A stretch of DNA of 64,000 nt, taken from contig CAIIXF020000001.1 of assembly GCA_903813345.2 (NCBI GenBank), positions 15,066,001 to 15,130,000 on the forward strand. Reading direction: 5' to 3'. Shown in pieces: positions 63,312-64,000 of the stretch (within the stretch, counting starts at the first letter, position 1; each line of letters starts with the position of its first letter). A program made the position numbers and the translations under genes. The stretch comes from Owenia fusiformis (taxonomy: Eukaryota). The notes under the pieces are model-generated. The model was given only the letters and a program-made list of their open reading frames with translations, did no database searches and was not told where the DNA came from.

Positions 63312-64000
63312 TAACAAGGCATTAACATGACAAAATGACACCGCCTAGTTGCGCACAATATTATTAGTTCAATCTTAGTCAGATTTGAACTTCTGAGAAG
63401 TTGTAGATGATTTTGAAAAAAAATTGGTCAATTTGAAGCAAGTTGAAAAAATACCTTTTTAACCTCGAAAAGGTCATTGAAGGTCAAGTATTTTTTGTCC
63501 TTAAGAATGTCATTGAAGGTCAAATCTATAGTCAGATTTGAACTTTTGAGACATTCTAGATGATTTTGAAAAAAGTTGGTCAATTTGAAGCAAGTTCAAA
63601 AAATACATTTTTGACCTTTTTTACAATGAGAAGGTCATTCAAGGTCAAATCTCAAATCTAAAGTCAGATTTGAACTTCTGATAACTTGTCAATGATTTTT
63701 TTAAAAAATATGGCCAATTTGACGCAAGTTGAAAAAAAACCTTTTTGACCTTTTACCTTGAAATGGTCATTGAAGGTCAAATCTAAAATATAAAGTCAGA
63801 TTTGAACTTCTGAAAACTTGTAGATGATTTTGAAAAAGCTGAAGTCAGTCTAAAAGGTATTTGTTAAGTTATTGGAAATTTTAAGAATTTGTAACACATG
63901 CCAACCGCCACCCACCGATCACCAACCAGCAACTACCGGTTGCCACCACAAAAAGACGAAGACCACAACAATATGTCACCACTTTTTGGTGGTGACATAA
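63312..64000 (+). mobile_element. Helentron/HINE-like non-autonomous element with an internal tandem array (about 110-130-bp units) and a 3' hairpin
   Basis: Starts aacaaggcattaacatgacaaaatg, repeats aaggtcattgaaggtcaaatct..aaagtcagatttgaacttctg, and ends atgtcaccac-ttttt-ggtggtgacataa. Related pieces lie at about 17070-17180 (minus), 56940-57040, 58485-58670 and 61075-61115. Confidence 0.6.

Overview
AT-rich, intron-rich animal genomic DNA that looks like a marine invertebrate, probably a lophotrochozoan (inferred, not proven). It is not prokaryotic, and most short ORFs in the track are noise. Joining GT-AG exons by hand with phase checks gives six genes. (1) A minus-strand secreted C-type lectin (10766->4851, 3' end uncertain). 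(2) A minus-strand secreted 373-aa protein with an unusual architecture: signal peptide, PLAT/LH2, 3x TSP1 and a chitin-binding type 2-like domain (18601->12931). (3) A Y-box cold-shock-domain protein (23196-30406). (4) A minus-strand uncharacterised 182-aa four-TM protein (41010->35748), whose exon-2 splice donor has been amplified into a 17-copy 44-bp minisatellite. (5) NOP53/GLTSCR2 (48833-50713). (6) An UNC93A-like transporter (55105->52418), with a tandem duplication of its splice acceptor and start codon upstream. The rest is packed with non-autonomous DNA transposons (Tc1/mariner, piggyBac-like, Harbinger, CACTG-ended, a Transib-like element with a 5-bp TSD, and CAGGCCCGTA-ended elements with 5-bp TSDs), Helentron-like elements, two decayed LINE fragments, minisatellites and fold-back hairpins. 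No rRNA, tRNA or CRISPR array was found.
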